Of a stretch of 64,000 nt of DNA, positions 18,229-27,292 are shown one piece after another (the first letter of the stretch is position 1; every line of letters begins with the position of its first letter). Origin of the DNA: Candidatus Omnitrophota bacterium (GTDB taxonomy: Bacteria > Omnitrophota > Gorgyraeia > Gygaellales > Profunditerraquicolaceae); NCBI GenBank assembly GCA_016208765.1, contig JACQXK010000001.1, forward strand, positions 128,218-192,217, in the 5' to 3' direction. A model generated the notes under the pieces. It did no database searches. It was not told the DNA's origin and worked only from the letters and a program-made list of their open reading frames with translations. A program made the position numbers and the translations under genes.

Positions 18229-19584
18229 TTGGAAATGAAAGATAAGTTTAATTTAAGTTCAGAGGCTTTTGATTATCTGGGGATAGGTTTCTATAAGTAT
18301 TGTTTGGGGAAAAATGAGGGTTTTGAATTTATTAACCCGTCATTGGTAAAAATCCTCGGGTATTCTTCCCGTGCTCAGCTGATGAAAAAGAAGTTTGTGG
18401 ATTTGTTTTGCAGTGTGGATGAAAAGAATAAATTTCTGGGAGCTATCAAGAAAAGTAAGCGCGTGAAATTTTTTGAAACCAGCCTGCTAAAGAAAAACAA
18501 TAAGCCGATATGGGTGGCAATCAGCGCTTTTCAGGCTAAAAGCGGAACAAAAAACGAGTACCTTGAGGGCCTGGTGGAAGATATTTCGCTTCATAAAGAT
18601 ATGGAAGAAAATATTGCTTTAGAAAGGGATATGTTCCAGGGCGCGCTTGACAATATGCCTGATGCTATTTATTTTAAAGATAACTTGAACAGGATTGTGC
18701 GGGTAAACCAGTATTATCTTCAGGGGATGAATAAGAAACAGGAAGATGTCACCGGAAAAACTGACTTTGATTTCTTCCCAAAGCAGCAGGCGCAGCAGAT
18801 GTTTGAGGATGATAATCTTGTTTTAACCACAGGTAAACCGATTGTGGGAAAAATTGAAAGGACATTGCTTGCTAACGGTGAATGGAATCAGGTAATCACT
18901 ACCAAGATTCCTGTTTACGACCGTCAGGGAAAGATCGTCGGGACAATGGGGATTACCCGCGATATGACTGCCTATGCGAATCTTGAACACTCGCGTTTTA
19001 AGATGATGATGAATGCCTTAGTGGTTTTGGGAAGGGCGCTTGAGATGCGCGATCCTTATACTTCTATGCACACCAGGAATGTCGCTGTAATAGCCGGTGA
19101 AATTGCCAAAGTTTTAGGTTGGGATGAGAACAGGCTTTTAGGAATGAAGCTGGCTGCAGAGCTGCATGATCTGGGAAAGATCAGCATTCCTTTGGATATT
19201 TTGAATAAACCGGGTAAGTTAAGTGACTTGGAATATCAGTTGATACAGAAGCATGTTGAGAATTGCTGCAAGTTAATCGGAGATATTGATTTTCCATTTT
19301 CTTTGGGCCAGATCATTGAACAGCACCATGAGCGGCTTGATGGTTCTGGTTATCCGCACAAGATTAAAGAAGGGGATATCTGCACTGAAGCGCGGATTTT
19401 GGCAGTCAGTGATGTTTTAGAGTCAATGACCAGCCACAGGCCGTATCGGGCAGCGCTTGGGAAGAACAAGGCAATTGAAGAATTGCAAAAAGGATACGGC
19501 AATAAGTATGATGCCAGTGTAGTAGATATTGTGGTGGGGTTGTTGGACAAAAATGATGGTAAAATCTTCTGGCAGTCAAATTAG
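18229..19584 (+). CDS. PAS-PAS-HD-GYP cyclic-di-nucleotide phosphodiesterase
   Basis: Two PAS domains; HDLGKI, HHERLDGSGYP, RPYR. Confidence 0.9.
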   Translation: MEMKDKFNLSSEAFDYLGIGFYKYCLGKNEGFEFINPSLVKILGYSSRAQLMKKKFVDLFCSVDEKNKFLGAIKKSKRVKFFETSLLKKNNKPIWVAISAFQAKSGTKNEYLEGLVEDISLHKDMEENIALERDMFQGALDNMPDAIYFKDNLNRIVRVNQYYLQGMNKKQEDVTGKTDFDFFPKQQAQQMFEDDNLVLTTGKPIVGKIERTLLANGEWNQVITTKIPVYDRQGKIVGTMGITRDMTAYANLEHSRFKMMMNALVVLGRALEMRDPYTSMHTRNVAVIAGEIAKVLGWDENRLLGMKLAAELHDLGKISIPLDILNKPGKLSDLEYQLIQKHVENCCKLIGDIDFPFSLGQIIEQHHERLDGSGYPHKIKEGDICTEARILAVSDVLESMTSHRPYRAALGKNKAIEELQKGYGNKYDASVVDIVVGLLDKNDGKIFWQSN

Positions 19585-19619
19585 CGTTATGGTAAAATAA
19601 ACACCAAAGGGAGGTCAAA

Positions 19620-20027
19620 ATGATCAAGACTGTTAAGTTGAGCAAGGAGTTGGTGGTAACTGTGATCAACAAAATCGGGATTTTAGCGGATATGTCCAAG
19701 ATTGTTTCTGATCACGGCCTTAATATTGAAGCTGTAGCCGGGTATGCTACCAATAATGAAGCAAAGGTAATGATCGTTACCGACGATAATTTGCGCGCAG
19801 GAGATGCCTTAAGAAAAGCTGGTTACAATTCTATCAAAGAAAATGAAATAATTATTCTTGAATTGGAAAATAAATCCGGTGCCCTTCGTCAGATCACTTC
19901 AAGTTTGGCAGCCTCCGGAATTGATATCAAGCAGGTTTATGGGACCGCCTGCACTGCAGGGTGCCCTGCAAAAATAGTTTTGTCTACTAGTAATAATGAG
20001 AAAGCATTTTTAGTTTTTAAGAAATAA
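19620..20027 (+). CDS. Tandem ACT domain protein
   Basis: NKIGILA...GLNI and NKSGAL...GIDI. Confidence 0.85.
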   Translation: MIKTVKLSKELVVTVINKIGILADMSKIVSDHGLNIEAVAGYATNNEAKVMIVTDDNLRAGDALRKAGYNSIKENEIIILELENKSGALRQITSSLAASGIDIKQVYGTACTAGCPAKIVLSTSNNEKAFLVFKK

Positions 20028-20054
20028 ATTTGATGGAATTTAGGGGACGGCCAA

Positions 20055-20459
20055 ATGAATAATACAGATGTGAAGAAGGTTCTCATAATTGATGACGAAA
20101 CTGATTTTGTGGAAGTCTTGACAGAAAGAGTCAGGGCTTGGGGTTATGATGTGTATTCTGCCTCAAACGGAAAAGAGGCCTTGGCGCTGATGAAAACAGA
20201 CAAGCCGGATATTATTGTCTTGGATTATCTTATGCCGGAGATGAATGGCTTGGAAACCTTGAGAGAGGTCCGTAAAATTGACAAAAAGCTTCCGGTGATC
20301 ATGCTTACTGTTATTCAGGATATGGTGGCAATCAAGGGTATAGAAAAGTATGATGTCAGCGCTTTTATTCCCAAGCTAAGCGCATATTCTGATACGCAGG
20401 CTTCTTTAAAAGCAGCGCTTGACCTGGTAAAGATCAAGCTTAATAAAAACAAGAAATAG
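20055..20459 (+). CDS. Stand-alone response regulator receiver
   Basis: IIDDE, LDYLMPEMNG, conserved T and K. Confidence 0.9.
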   Translation: MNNTDVKKVLIIDDETDFVEVLTERVRAWGYDVYSASNGKEALALMKTDKPDIIVLDYLMPEMNGLETLREVRKIDKKLPVIMLTVIQDMVAIKGIEKYDVSAFIPKLSAYSDTQASLKAALDLVKIKLNKNKK

Positions 20460-20461
20460 GA

Positions 20462-20854
20462 ATGAGTATTAAAAAGAGGATTTATTATCACCACACGGAT
20501 TGCGGGGGTGTGGTTTATTACGGGAATTATCTTTCTTTCCTGGAAGAAGCGCGCACGGATTTTCTTGAAGAAAAAGGTGTGTTAGTCAAGGACTTAGCGG
20601 CACAAGGCACTCTTTTTGTAGTTGCCCGGCAGGAAATAGATTATAAATTCCCGTCTTTTTACGGTGATGTTTTAGAAATCGTTACCCGTGTTTCTGAGAC
20701 AAGCGGAGTACGTATTAATTTTGAATATGATTTGATAAATCAAAACAAGCAGCTTGTGTCAAAAGCAAAGACAATCCTTGTCTGTGTTGATTCAAGCCTC
20801 AAGCCAAAACCTATCCCTGAGCAAATCCGCCAGAAGATTTCCTGTTCTAAATGA
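20462..20854 (+). CDS. YbgC/FadM-family acyl-CoA thioesterase
   Basis: TDCGGVVYYGNYL..LEEAR. Confidence 0.9.
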   Translation: MSIKKRIYYHHTDCGGVVYYGNYLSFLEEARTDFLEEKGVLVKDLAAQGTLFVVARQEIDYKFPSFYGDVLEIVTRVSETSGVRINFEYDLINQNKQLVSKAKTILVCVDSSLKPKPIPEQIRQKISCSK

Positions 20855-21117
20855 AAACCCAGCCGTTTATGCATAATAAATCTTTATTTTTAGTTAGCCA
20901 AAGTGGCTGCCTGTTGCCTTTGTTAATTATGTTTAATTTATTTTTTGGTTGGTTGTTCCTTAAGCCGGCTGCTTGGTTTTTGCTGGAGGCAGGTTTTATT
21001 ATATTATTTATCATAAATTCCTATATATTCAGCCGCAGGCTGCACTCATATGCTCAAAAGCGCAATAATGTTGTGGATGTGGAAGGCAAGGTTGTTGAGG
21101 ACATAGAAAATAATTGA
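20851..21117 (+). CDS. Small two-TM hypothetical protein
   Basis: Two hydrophobic stretches, VVDVE tail, overlaps the upstream stop (ATGA-type coupling). Confidence 0.7.
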   Translation: MKTQPFMHNKSLFLVSQSGCLLPLLIMFNLFFGWLFLKPAAWFLLEAGFIILFIINSYIFSRRLHSYAQKRNNVVDVEGKVVEDIENN

Positions 21118-21141
21118 CATTGTTTTCTTTTGTGTTAAAGT
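21114..21141 (+). promoter_or_regulatory. Sigma70-like promoter for hppA
   Basis: ttgaca-N16-taaagt; tgtgttaaagt is shared with the promoter at 52822. Confidence 0.5.
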
Positions 21142-21191
21142 AATCCCTATTTCGCGCAGTATATTTTAAAAAAAAGAAGGAGGATGTAAAA

Positions 21192-23294
21192 ATGTTTGGT
21201 TTTGATTTACTGATTTTGGCTCCAATAGGTTCAATTCTTGCGCTTTCGTTTGCTTTTTACCTTGCTCTTAGTGTTTTGAAGATGGATCAGGGTACGGACC
21301 GGATGAAAGAAATCGCGCAGGCAGTGCGAATTGGCGCACAGGCATATTTAAAACGCCAGTATGTTGGGGTCGCTTTATTTTTTGTGGCAGTGTTTTGTAT
21401 TTTGATGTTCATGGCAGTGAAGAATTATTTGGTTATTTTTGTTCCTTTTGCGTTTCTTACCGGCGGGTTGTTCTCAGGGCTTTCCGGGTTTATCGGAATG
21501 AACATAGCTACTCAATCTTCAAATCGCACAGCTGCAGCAGCAATGAAAAGCCTTAATTCAGGTTTACGCGTAGCTTTTTCAAGCGGCGCAGTTATGGGGC
21601 TTACTGTGGTAGGGCTTGGTTTATTGGATTTAAGTATCTGGTATTATTTTTTAAACTGGTATTATTCCTGTCATCCGATTCCATTGGGGACAGATAAAAT
21701 AGCTGCAATTACATCCACTATGCTTTGTTTTGGTATGGGGGCCAGCTCTCAGGCATTGTTTGCCAGGGTCGGCGGAGGTATTTTTACCAAGGCTGCGGAT
21801 GTAGGCGCTGATTTGGTGGGGAAAGTTGAAGCAGGTATTCCTGAAGATGACCCGCGTAATCCTGCAGTTATCGCTGATAATGTCGGTGATAATGTCGGCG
21901 ATGTGGCTGGGATGGGCGCTGATTTGTATGAGTCTTATGTCGGTTCTATTGTGGCTACTTCTGCACTTGGTGTTGCTGCCGGATTAGGTGTTGCCGGTGT
22001 AACTGTTCCTATGGTTATGGCAGCAGTAGGCGTAGTTGCTTCAATTATCGGGACGTTCTTTGTGAAAAGCAAAGAAGACGCAAGTCAAAGTGCCTTGTTA
22101 GCTGCGCTTCGTAAAGGCGTGTTTGCCAGTTCTTTTATTGTGGCTGTGATATCTTTTTTCTTGATCAAGGCCACCTTGGGTGTTGAACATATGGGCGTTT
22201 ATTGGTCAGTGCTTACAGGCTTATTGGCCGGTGTTTTAATTGGTTTGTGCACAGAATATTATACTTCAAGCGGATTTAAGCCTACGCGCTTTATTGCGGA
22301 TCAGTCAGTTACAGGGCCTGCAACAGTAATTATCGGAGGTCTTGCTGTTGGGATGATGTCTACAGCTTTACCTGTGTTGATTGTGGGTATTGCTATTTTG
22401 GCCAGCTACTTTTTATCAGGTGGTGCAGCTAATTTTAACTCTGGCCTCTACGGTATAGCTATTTCTGCAGTAGGCATGCTTTCTACTTTGGGGATTACCT
22501 TGGCCACTGATGCTTATGGTCCGGTTGCGGATAATGCCGGCGGAAACGCAGAGATGTCGCATCTGCCTCCTGAGGTAAGAAAGAGAACCGATGCCTTGGA
22601 TTCTTTGGGAAATACCACTGCAGCAACGGGCAAGGGTTTTGCCATTGGTTCTGCTGCTTTAACTGCTTTGGCATTAATTGCTGCATTCAGGGATCAGGTG
22701 GGTTTGTATGGCAAAGAAATGGTTTTAAGCTTAATGAATCCAAATGTATTGGTAGGTTTGTTTTTTGGCGGGATGCTTCCATTTTTCTTCTGCTCTATGA
22801 CCATGCGCGCAGTAGGACGAGCTGCTGGTAAAATCGTTGTGGAAGTGCGCAGGCAATTTAAGGAAATTGCCGGCCTGATGGAAGGAAAAGCCAAGCCTGA
22901 TTATGCTCGTTGTGTTACTATTGCAACGGCTGCGGCCCAGAAAGAAATGATCATGCCTTCGCTTTTGGCAGTGGCTGCTCCGATTGTGGTTGGCCTTTTA
23001 ATTGGTGTTGAGGCAGTAGCTGGGTTATTGACTGGAGCAACTGTCTGCGGTTTTGTTTTGGCGGTAATGATGGCTAATTCCGGAGGCGCATGGGATAATG
23101 CCAAGAAATACATTGAAGAGGGGCATCATGGGGGCAAAGGTTCTTTAGCGCATAAGGCAGGAGTAGTTGGTGATACAGTAGGGGATCCTTTTAAAGATAC
23201 TTCCGGGCCTAGTTTAAATATTTTAATTAAGCTGATGTCTATGGTGTCTATTGTATTTGCTTCTTTTATTATCAGAAACACTTTTTTTAAGTAG
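21192..23294 (+). CDS. hppA: Membrane ion-translocating pyrophosphatase, K+-dependent type (possibly Na+-pumping)
   Basis: [30 protein letters not shown]; Ala in GNTTAA indicates K+ dependence. Confidence 0.95.
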   Translation: MFGFDLLILAPIGSILALSFAFYLALSVLKMDQGTDRMKEIAQAVRIGAQAYLKRQYVGVALFFVAVFCILMFMAVKNYLVIFVPFAFLTGGLFSGLSGFIGMNIATQSSNRTAAAAMKSLNSGLRVAFSSGAVMGLTVVGLGLLDLSIWYYFLNWYYSCHPIPLGTDKIAAITSTMLCFGMGASSQALFARVGGGIFTKAADVGADLVGKVEAGIPEDDPRNPAVIADNVGDNVGDVAGMGADLYESYVGSIVATSALGVAAGLGVAGVTVPMVMAAVGVVASIIGTFFVKSKEDASQSALLAALRKGVFASSFIVAVISFFLIKATLGVEHMGVYWSVLTGLLAGVLIGLCTEYYTSSGFKPTRFIADQSVTGPATVIIGGLAVGMMSTALPVLIVGIAILASYFLSGGAANFNSGLYGIAISAVGMLSTLGITLATDAYGPVADNAGGNAEMSHLPPEVRKRTDALDSLGNTTAATGKGFAIGSAALTALALIAAFRDQVGLYGKEMVLSLMNPNVLVGLFFGGMLPFFFCSMTMRAVGRAAGKIVVEVRRQFKEIAGLMEGKAKPDYARCVTIATAAAQKEMIMPSLLAVAAPIVVGLLIGVEAVAGLLTGATVCGFVLAVMMANSGGAWDNAKKYIEEGHHGGKGSLAHKAGVVGDTVGDPFKDTSGPSLNILIKLMSMVSIVFASFIIRNTFFK

Positions 23295-23314
23295 TTTTTT
23301 TAGTCTCAAATAGC

Positions 23315-23356
23315 AAGCGGGCGTTTCTAATTATAGGAAACGCCCGCTTTGTTTTT
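23315..23356 (+). terminator. Intrinsic terminator after hppA
   Basis: aagcgggcgtttc/gaaacgcccgctt stem followed by a T tract. Confidence 0.85.
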
Positions 23357-23384
23357 CGGGTTTTAGTGGTATAATAAATTTGTT

Positions 23385-23987
23385 ATGGAAGATTTAGAAT
23401 TTGCCCAAAAATGCGCTAAAGGGGACAATAACTCTTGGGATGAATTCTTAAAGAAATATTCCCGCCTTATTTACAATTATATTTATCAGGTTTTAAATAA
23501 TAAAGGTTACAATTCCAACCTGTACCTGCATGATGTTTTTCAGGATTTTTTCTATTTTTTGATCAAAGATGACTACAAAAAAATCAAAAGTTTTAAGGCA
23601 AAAAACGGCTGCTCTTTGGCAAGCTGGCTAAGGCAGGTGGCGATTAATTTTACTTTAAATTATATCCGCCGCATTAAGCCGGAAGTTTCTTTGGATGAAC
23701 AGAGAGACGATGAATTAAGCTTAAAAGAGATTATAGCTGATGAAAATGCATCCAGCGATGATTATCTTGCTCAAGAGGAAAAGCTTGATGATTTAAAAGA
23801 TTGTATCCGCGCCTTAAATAACGACGAGAAGATGTTTATAGATTTGAATATTTTTCGCGGTATCCCCATGGAAAACATGAAGGATTATTTTCAAGTGGGC
23901 AGGTCAGCTTTAGATATGCGTAAATCGCGGATCATTGAAAAACTCAGGGATTGCTTTAAAAGCAAAGGTTTTATGTTAGATTTTTAG
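23385..23987 (+). CDS. ECF-type RNA polymerase sigma factor
   Basis: GD...WDEF..KY, DVFQD, SWLRQVA.N (region 2); C-terminal region-4 HTH ending R...KLRDC. Confidence 0.9.
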   Translation: MEDLEFAQKCAKGDNNSWDEFLKKYSRLIYNYIYQVLNNKGYNSNLYLHDVFQDFFYFLIKDDYKKIKSFKAKNGCSLASWLRQVAINFTLNYIRRIKPEVSLDEQRDDELSLKEIIADENASSDDYLAQEEKLDDLKDCIRALNNDEKMFIDLNIFRGIPMENMKDYFQVGRSALDMRKSRIIEKLRDCFKSKGFMLDF

Positions 23988-24004
23988 TTTTTATGTGTCT
24001 ATTA
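23974..24004 (+). promoter_or_regulatory. Candidate ECF promoter, copy 1
   Basis: TGTTAGATTTT-N9-TGTGTCTATTA; both boxes and the spacing are identical at 28564-28594. Confidence 0.7.
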
Positions 24005-24024
24005 TAGTAGGGAGGGTATAGATT

Positions 24025-24729
24025 ATGCAGGACAAAATGGATAAGCTTGTTAAGCATGTTTATAAAAAATACAAAGCTGATGTGCATGTTTATGAAAATG
24101 AGCATCCGGGAGAAGAAAGGCTGGCGTCTTTTTTGGAGGGGGGATTATCTAAGGATGAGTCTGAGCATGTTAAGGCGCATTTATTAAGCTGCAGCGATTG
24201 CATGGATAATTTTGCATCTAATTTTCCAGTTTTTCCAATTGAGAAATTAGATGTTCCGGCAGCTGGCCTTGCTGAATTAAAAGAGTTGATCTTGGCGCAG
24301 AAAAAAGTTTCTTTTCTTGAGATAGCCTTGCGGTTAAAAGAGAAAATGCTTGAGGTGATTAATACTAACGGCGATTGCTTAGTTGGGCTTGAATTGATCC
24401 CCGCTCCTGTTTTACGCAGCAGGGAAATAAAGGATTTTAAAGATGAAGTTGTTATTTTAAAGGATTTTGGTGACATAAGAGTAGAGGTAAAAGTAGAGAA
24501 TAAAGATAAAAATACGTTTAATCTTATAATTGTGGCAAAGAACAGGCAGACACAGCAGGTGCTTAAAGATTTAAGAATAACCTTAATTAAAGATGGATTA
24601 GAAATGGAGTCGTGCCTTGCAAATTCCGGCTCGGTTGTTTTTGAACATGTGGAATTGGGTGTTTATAAGGTTGAGGTTTCCAGCATTGAAGAAAGGCTCG
24701 CTTCTATTCTGCTGGATGTAAAGGCCTAA
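24025..24729 (+). CDS. Soluble zinc-finger (ZAS) anti-sigma factor with a beta-rich C-terminal domain
   Basis: HP...L..F....L......V..HLLSCSDC (H..HxxxCxxC); no TM segment. Confidence 0.8.
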   Translation: MQDKMDKLVKHVYKKYKADVHVYENEHPGEERLASFLEGGLSKDESEHVKAHLLSCSDCMDNFASNFPVFPIEKLDVPAAGLAELKELILAQKKVSFLEIALRLKEKMLEVINTNGDCLVGLELIPAPVLRSREIKDFKDEVVILKDFGDIRVEVKVENKDKNTFNLIIVAKNRQTQQVLKDLRITLIKDGLEMESCLANSGSVVFEHVELGVYKVEVSSIEERLASILLDVKA

Positions 24730-24734
24730 GCCAA

Positions 24735-26942
24735 ATGCAAAAAGAAAAAGCATTAATCCTTGAAATATTCAGGCAGGATTCCGGCCTTAAGATGGGCCTT
24801 TTTGAGGCTGATGATTTTGTTTCTACGCTTCGGCATTATGCCAATGTGCATGTTTTGTTTACTGAAATTGATAGCCTTTGTTCAGAGTTGGCCGTAGCGT
24901 TGAATAAAGTAGACAGAAACGGAAATTTGGATCCGGATGCGCTGAAGCAATTGACAAAAGTCGGAAGTTTATTATGGAGCCATTTATTTAGCCGGCAGAT
25001 AAAAGAGAAGCTGAAGAACTCAGGTATCTTTGATTTAGTTTTGTCAATTGATGAAGAGCTGGTGAATATTCCCTGGGAGCTTCTTTATGACGGGACAAAT
25101 TTCCTGTGCTTAAATTTTAATCTTGGCCGTGTGGTGCGCACTAAGTCTGAAAATTCTCCTGTGCAATACCGCAGTTTTTCCTCTGCGCCAAAGATGCTTA
25201 TTTTGGCAAATCCCACCAATGACCTAAAATCAGCTTATATTGAGGGCCTGAACATTAAGAATCAGTTTGAGCGAAAAAGAAATAATGTGCGCATTGATTT
25301 TAAATCAACTCTGATTAACAGGCTTTATGTAAAGAAGAACCTGCAGGATTATGACATTATGCATTTTGCCGGACACTGTGAATATGAGGAATCCAATCCT
25401 TCGGCAAGCGGCTGGGTGCTTTCCGACGGCAGGTTTACAGTGCAGGATATCTTGGGTATCGGGCCGGATGTGCAGCTTCCGTCATTAATATTTTCTAATG
25501 CCTGTCATTCTGCTTTCCCGGGGGCAAGCCTTCCTGAGGCTGATTATCAGAAGAAAGCATACAGTTTAGCTGCGGCGTTCTTACTCTCCGGGGTAAGGCA
25601 TTATATCGGCACGATCCGCAGGATTGAAGATACGGCAAGCCTTAGTTTTGCGCAGGAATTCTATTCTCATCTGGTTTTCGGCAAGCCCATCGGAGAGAGT
25701 CTGCGCCTGGCGCGGATTAAATTAATTAAAGACCGCGGGATCATGTCTATTCATTGGGCCAGCCACCTGCTTTATGGGAATCCGGGTTTTGTTTTTTTTA
25801 AATCTCAGGCAAAGGCCGAGCCTAAAAGGCCTAAAATAACTTTTCGTTTGCCAAAAAAGGTTATTGGCGCGGTTTCTGCCGGTTTTCTCTTAATTTTTCT
25901 GGGAGTTTTTCTGTATTTTTGGCTGCCCAGCAAAAATCCGAATAACTATTTTTTGCTTGCGCAATCAAAAAAGATGTTTTCCGTTGGTGATAATAAGGGG
26001 GTAATTGCTTTAGGTAACAAGATTACATCTAAGGATCCTGATTTTCTGGCGGCGTACCCGGTTTTAGCAGAAGCCTATCAGCGCAGCGGAGACCGTGAAA
26101 ATGCCCTGAAGTATTATTTTGAGTATGCGCGTTTTAGCGAGAAGAAAAATGATAAGCGGCATTTGGCGGCAAGTTTTACTGAAATCGGGTGGAATTATCA
26201 TTTGCAAGGGGAATATGCAAAGGCGTTTGAGTATTATGACAAGGCTATTAATTTGAGCCGGCAAAATAAAGATAAATTAAATGAGGCGCGAGCATTGCGT
26301 AAGTTAGCCGTTTGGTACATTGATAAAAAGAATGATGATAAGGCACTTGAATTACTGACGAAAAGCTCTGAGATCAACCGTTCGCGGCAGCATGCCTATG
26401 AACATAAATATAATTTGGCTTGCGATTATTTTGACATGGGGCTTGTTTTTATTAACAAGAATGATTACGAAAGCGCAAAAGAATTCTATGATAAGAGCCG
26501 CAGGTTATTTGAGAAGCTTAAGTTGAAAAACGAGCTAAACGATTATTATTTTAATTTGGGGGAGATTTATGTTGCCCAGAAACAATTTCAAAAGGCGCTG
26601 GATAGTTATATGCAAGGCCTTAAGATTGATGAAAGGCAGAATAATAAAGTTGGCCTGGCATGTGACTACAACATGATCGGAGAATTGTATGTGGAGATGG
26701 ATAATTGGAGCGAGGCTGAGAAATATTTTATGCGCTCATCAAATATGTCCAAAGAGATCAATGCACGGCCGGAACTTGCCGGAGCATATTACAACCTTGG
26801 CCTGTTGTATAAGAAAATGGGAAAGAAAAACAAGGTAAGGGAATACTGGCGCCAGGCGCAGGAAATTTATAAGGCAATTGATGAATCAATGTATCAGGAA
26901 ATTAAGAAAGAACTTCTGGCGTTAAACAATCCGGTTTATTAG
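24735..26942 (+). CDS. CHAT (caspase/HetF-like) protease - TM - TPR protein
   Basis: IPWELL, HFAGH (His), FSNAC (Cys), LYGNP; one TM (VIGAV...FWLP); several C-terminal TPRs. Confidence 0.9.
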   Translation: MQKEKALILEIFRQDSGLKMGLFEADDFVSTLRHYANVHVLFTEIDSLCSELAVALNKVDRNGNLDPDALKQLTKVGSLLWSHLFSRQIKEKLKNSGIFDLVLSIDEELVNIPWELLYDGTNFLCLNFNLGRVVRTKSENSPVQYRSFSSAPKMLILANPTNDLKSAYIEGLNIKNQFERKRNNVRIDFKSTLINRLYVKKNLQDYDIMHFAGHCEYEESNPSASGWVLSDGRFTVQDILGIGPDVQLPSLIFSNACHSAFPGASLPEADYQKKAYSLAAAFLLSGVRHYIGTIRRIEDTASLSFAQEFYSHLVFGKPIGESLRLARIKLIKDRGIMSIHWASHLLYGNPGFVFFKSQAKAEPKRPKITFRLPKKVIGAVSAGFLLIFLGVFLYFWLPSKNPNNYFLLAQSKKMFSVGDNKGVIALGNKITSKDPDFLAAYPVLAEAYQRSGDRENALKYYFEYARFSEKKNDKRHLAASFTEIGWNYHLQGEYAKAFEYYDKAINLSRQNKDKLNEARALRKLAVWYIDKKNDDKALELLTKSSEINRSRQHAYEHKYNLACDYFDMGLVFINKNDYESAKEFYDKSRRLFEKLKLKNELNDYYFNLGEIYVAQKQFQKALDSYMQGLKIDERQNNKVGLACDYNMIGELYVEMDNWSEAEKYFMRSSNMSKEINARPELAGAYYNLGLLYKKMGKKNKVREYWRQAQEIYKAIDESMYQEIKKELLALNNPVY

Positions 26943-26959
26943 CGATAGAAATAAGGATT

Positions 26960-27104
26960 CTGTCCTGTCTTGTTCTCGCAGCACCGTTTGCCCCGCCCCA
27001 GCGTGGCGGGGCTGCACTCGGGCGAAAACTCTTGCTCTTCCCCGACTTTTAGTCGGGGAAGAGCAAGAGTTTTCTAACGTGCTGCTCGAATCAAGACAGG
27101 ACAG
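26960..27104. repeat. 145-nt branched palindromic element (MITE-like or structured RNA)
   Basis: 13-bp outer IR, 7-bp inner IR, 8-bp hairpin and a perfect 24-bp hairpin (27024-27074). Confidence 0.8.
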
Positions 27105-27151
27105 TTGTTCTTATATGCCGTCTTTCTTAGTTGCGTTAGTTTAATTGCTGA

Positions 27152-27185
27152 GTCATTCTGAACGAGCACGGCGAGTGAAGGATCT
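27152..27185. repeat. Short intergenic REP-like element, copy 2
   Basis: gtcattctgaacgagcacggcgagtgaaggatct, similar to 6472-6506. Confidence 0.6.
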
Positions 27186-27227
27186 GTGTTTGACAAAACA
27201 AACAGGAAAACTTCACGGAAAATAAAT

Positions 27228-27256
27228 TTGACAGATTCAATATCGGGTAGTATGAT
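27228..27256 (+). promoter_or_regulatory. Sigma70-like promoter
   Basis: ttgaca-N17-tatgat upstream of the gene at 27293. Confidence 0.7.
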
Positions 27257-27292
27257 TATCTAAGTTGTGTTTGGCTAAAAGGAGCTTAATCA

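Noticed and set aside
23243-23252. gtgtctatt inside hppA as a third copy of the ECF promoter motif, driving the sigma gene
   Set aside because: The upstream TTAGATTTT box is missing, and a terminator lies between it and the sigma gene.
24735-26942. CHAT-TPR as a CRISPR type III-E Csx29 or a defence effector
   Set aside because: No cas genes or array in the window, the domain order is CHAT-TM-TPR, and no gasdermin-like or other toxin neighbour is evident.
26960-27104. tRNA, SRP RNA, 6S RNA or tmRNA
   Set aside because: No T-loop, anticodon or CCA pattern and no SRP or tmRNA signature recognised; near-perfect stems fit a palindromic DNA element better.
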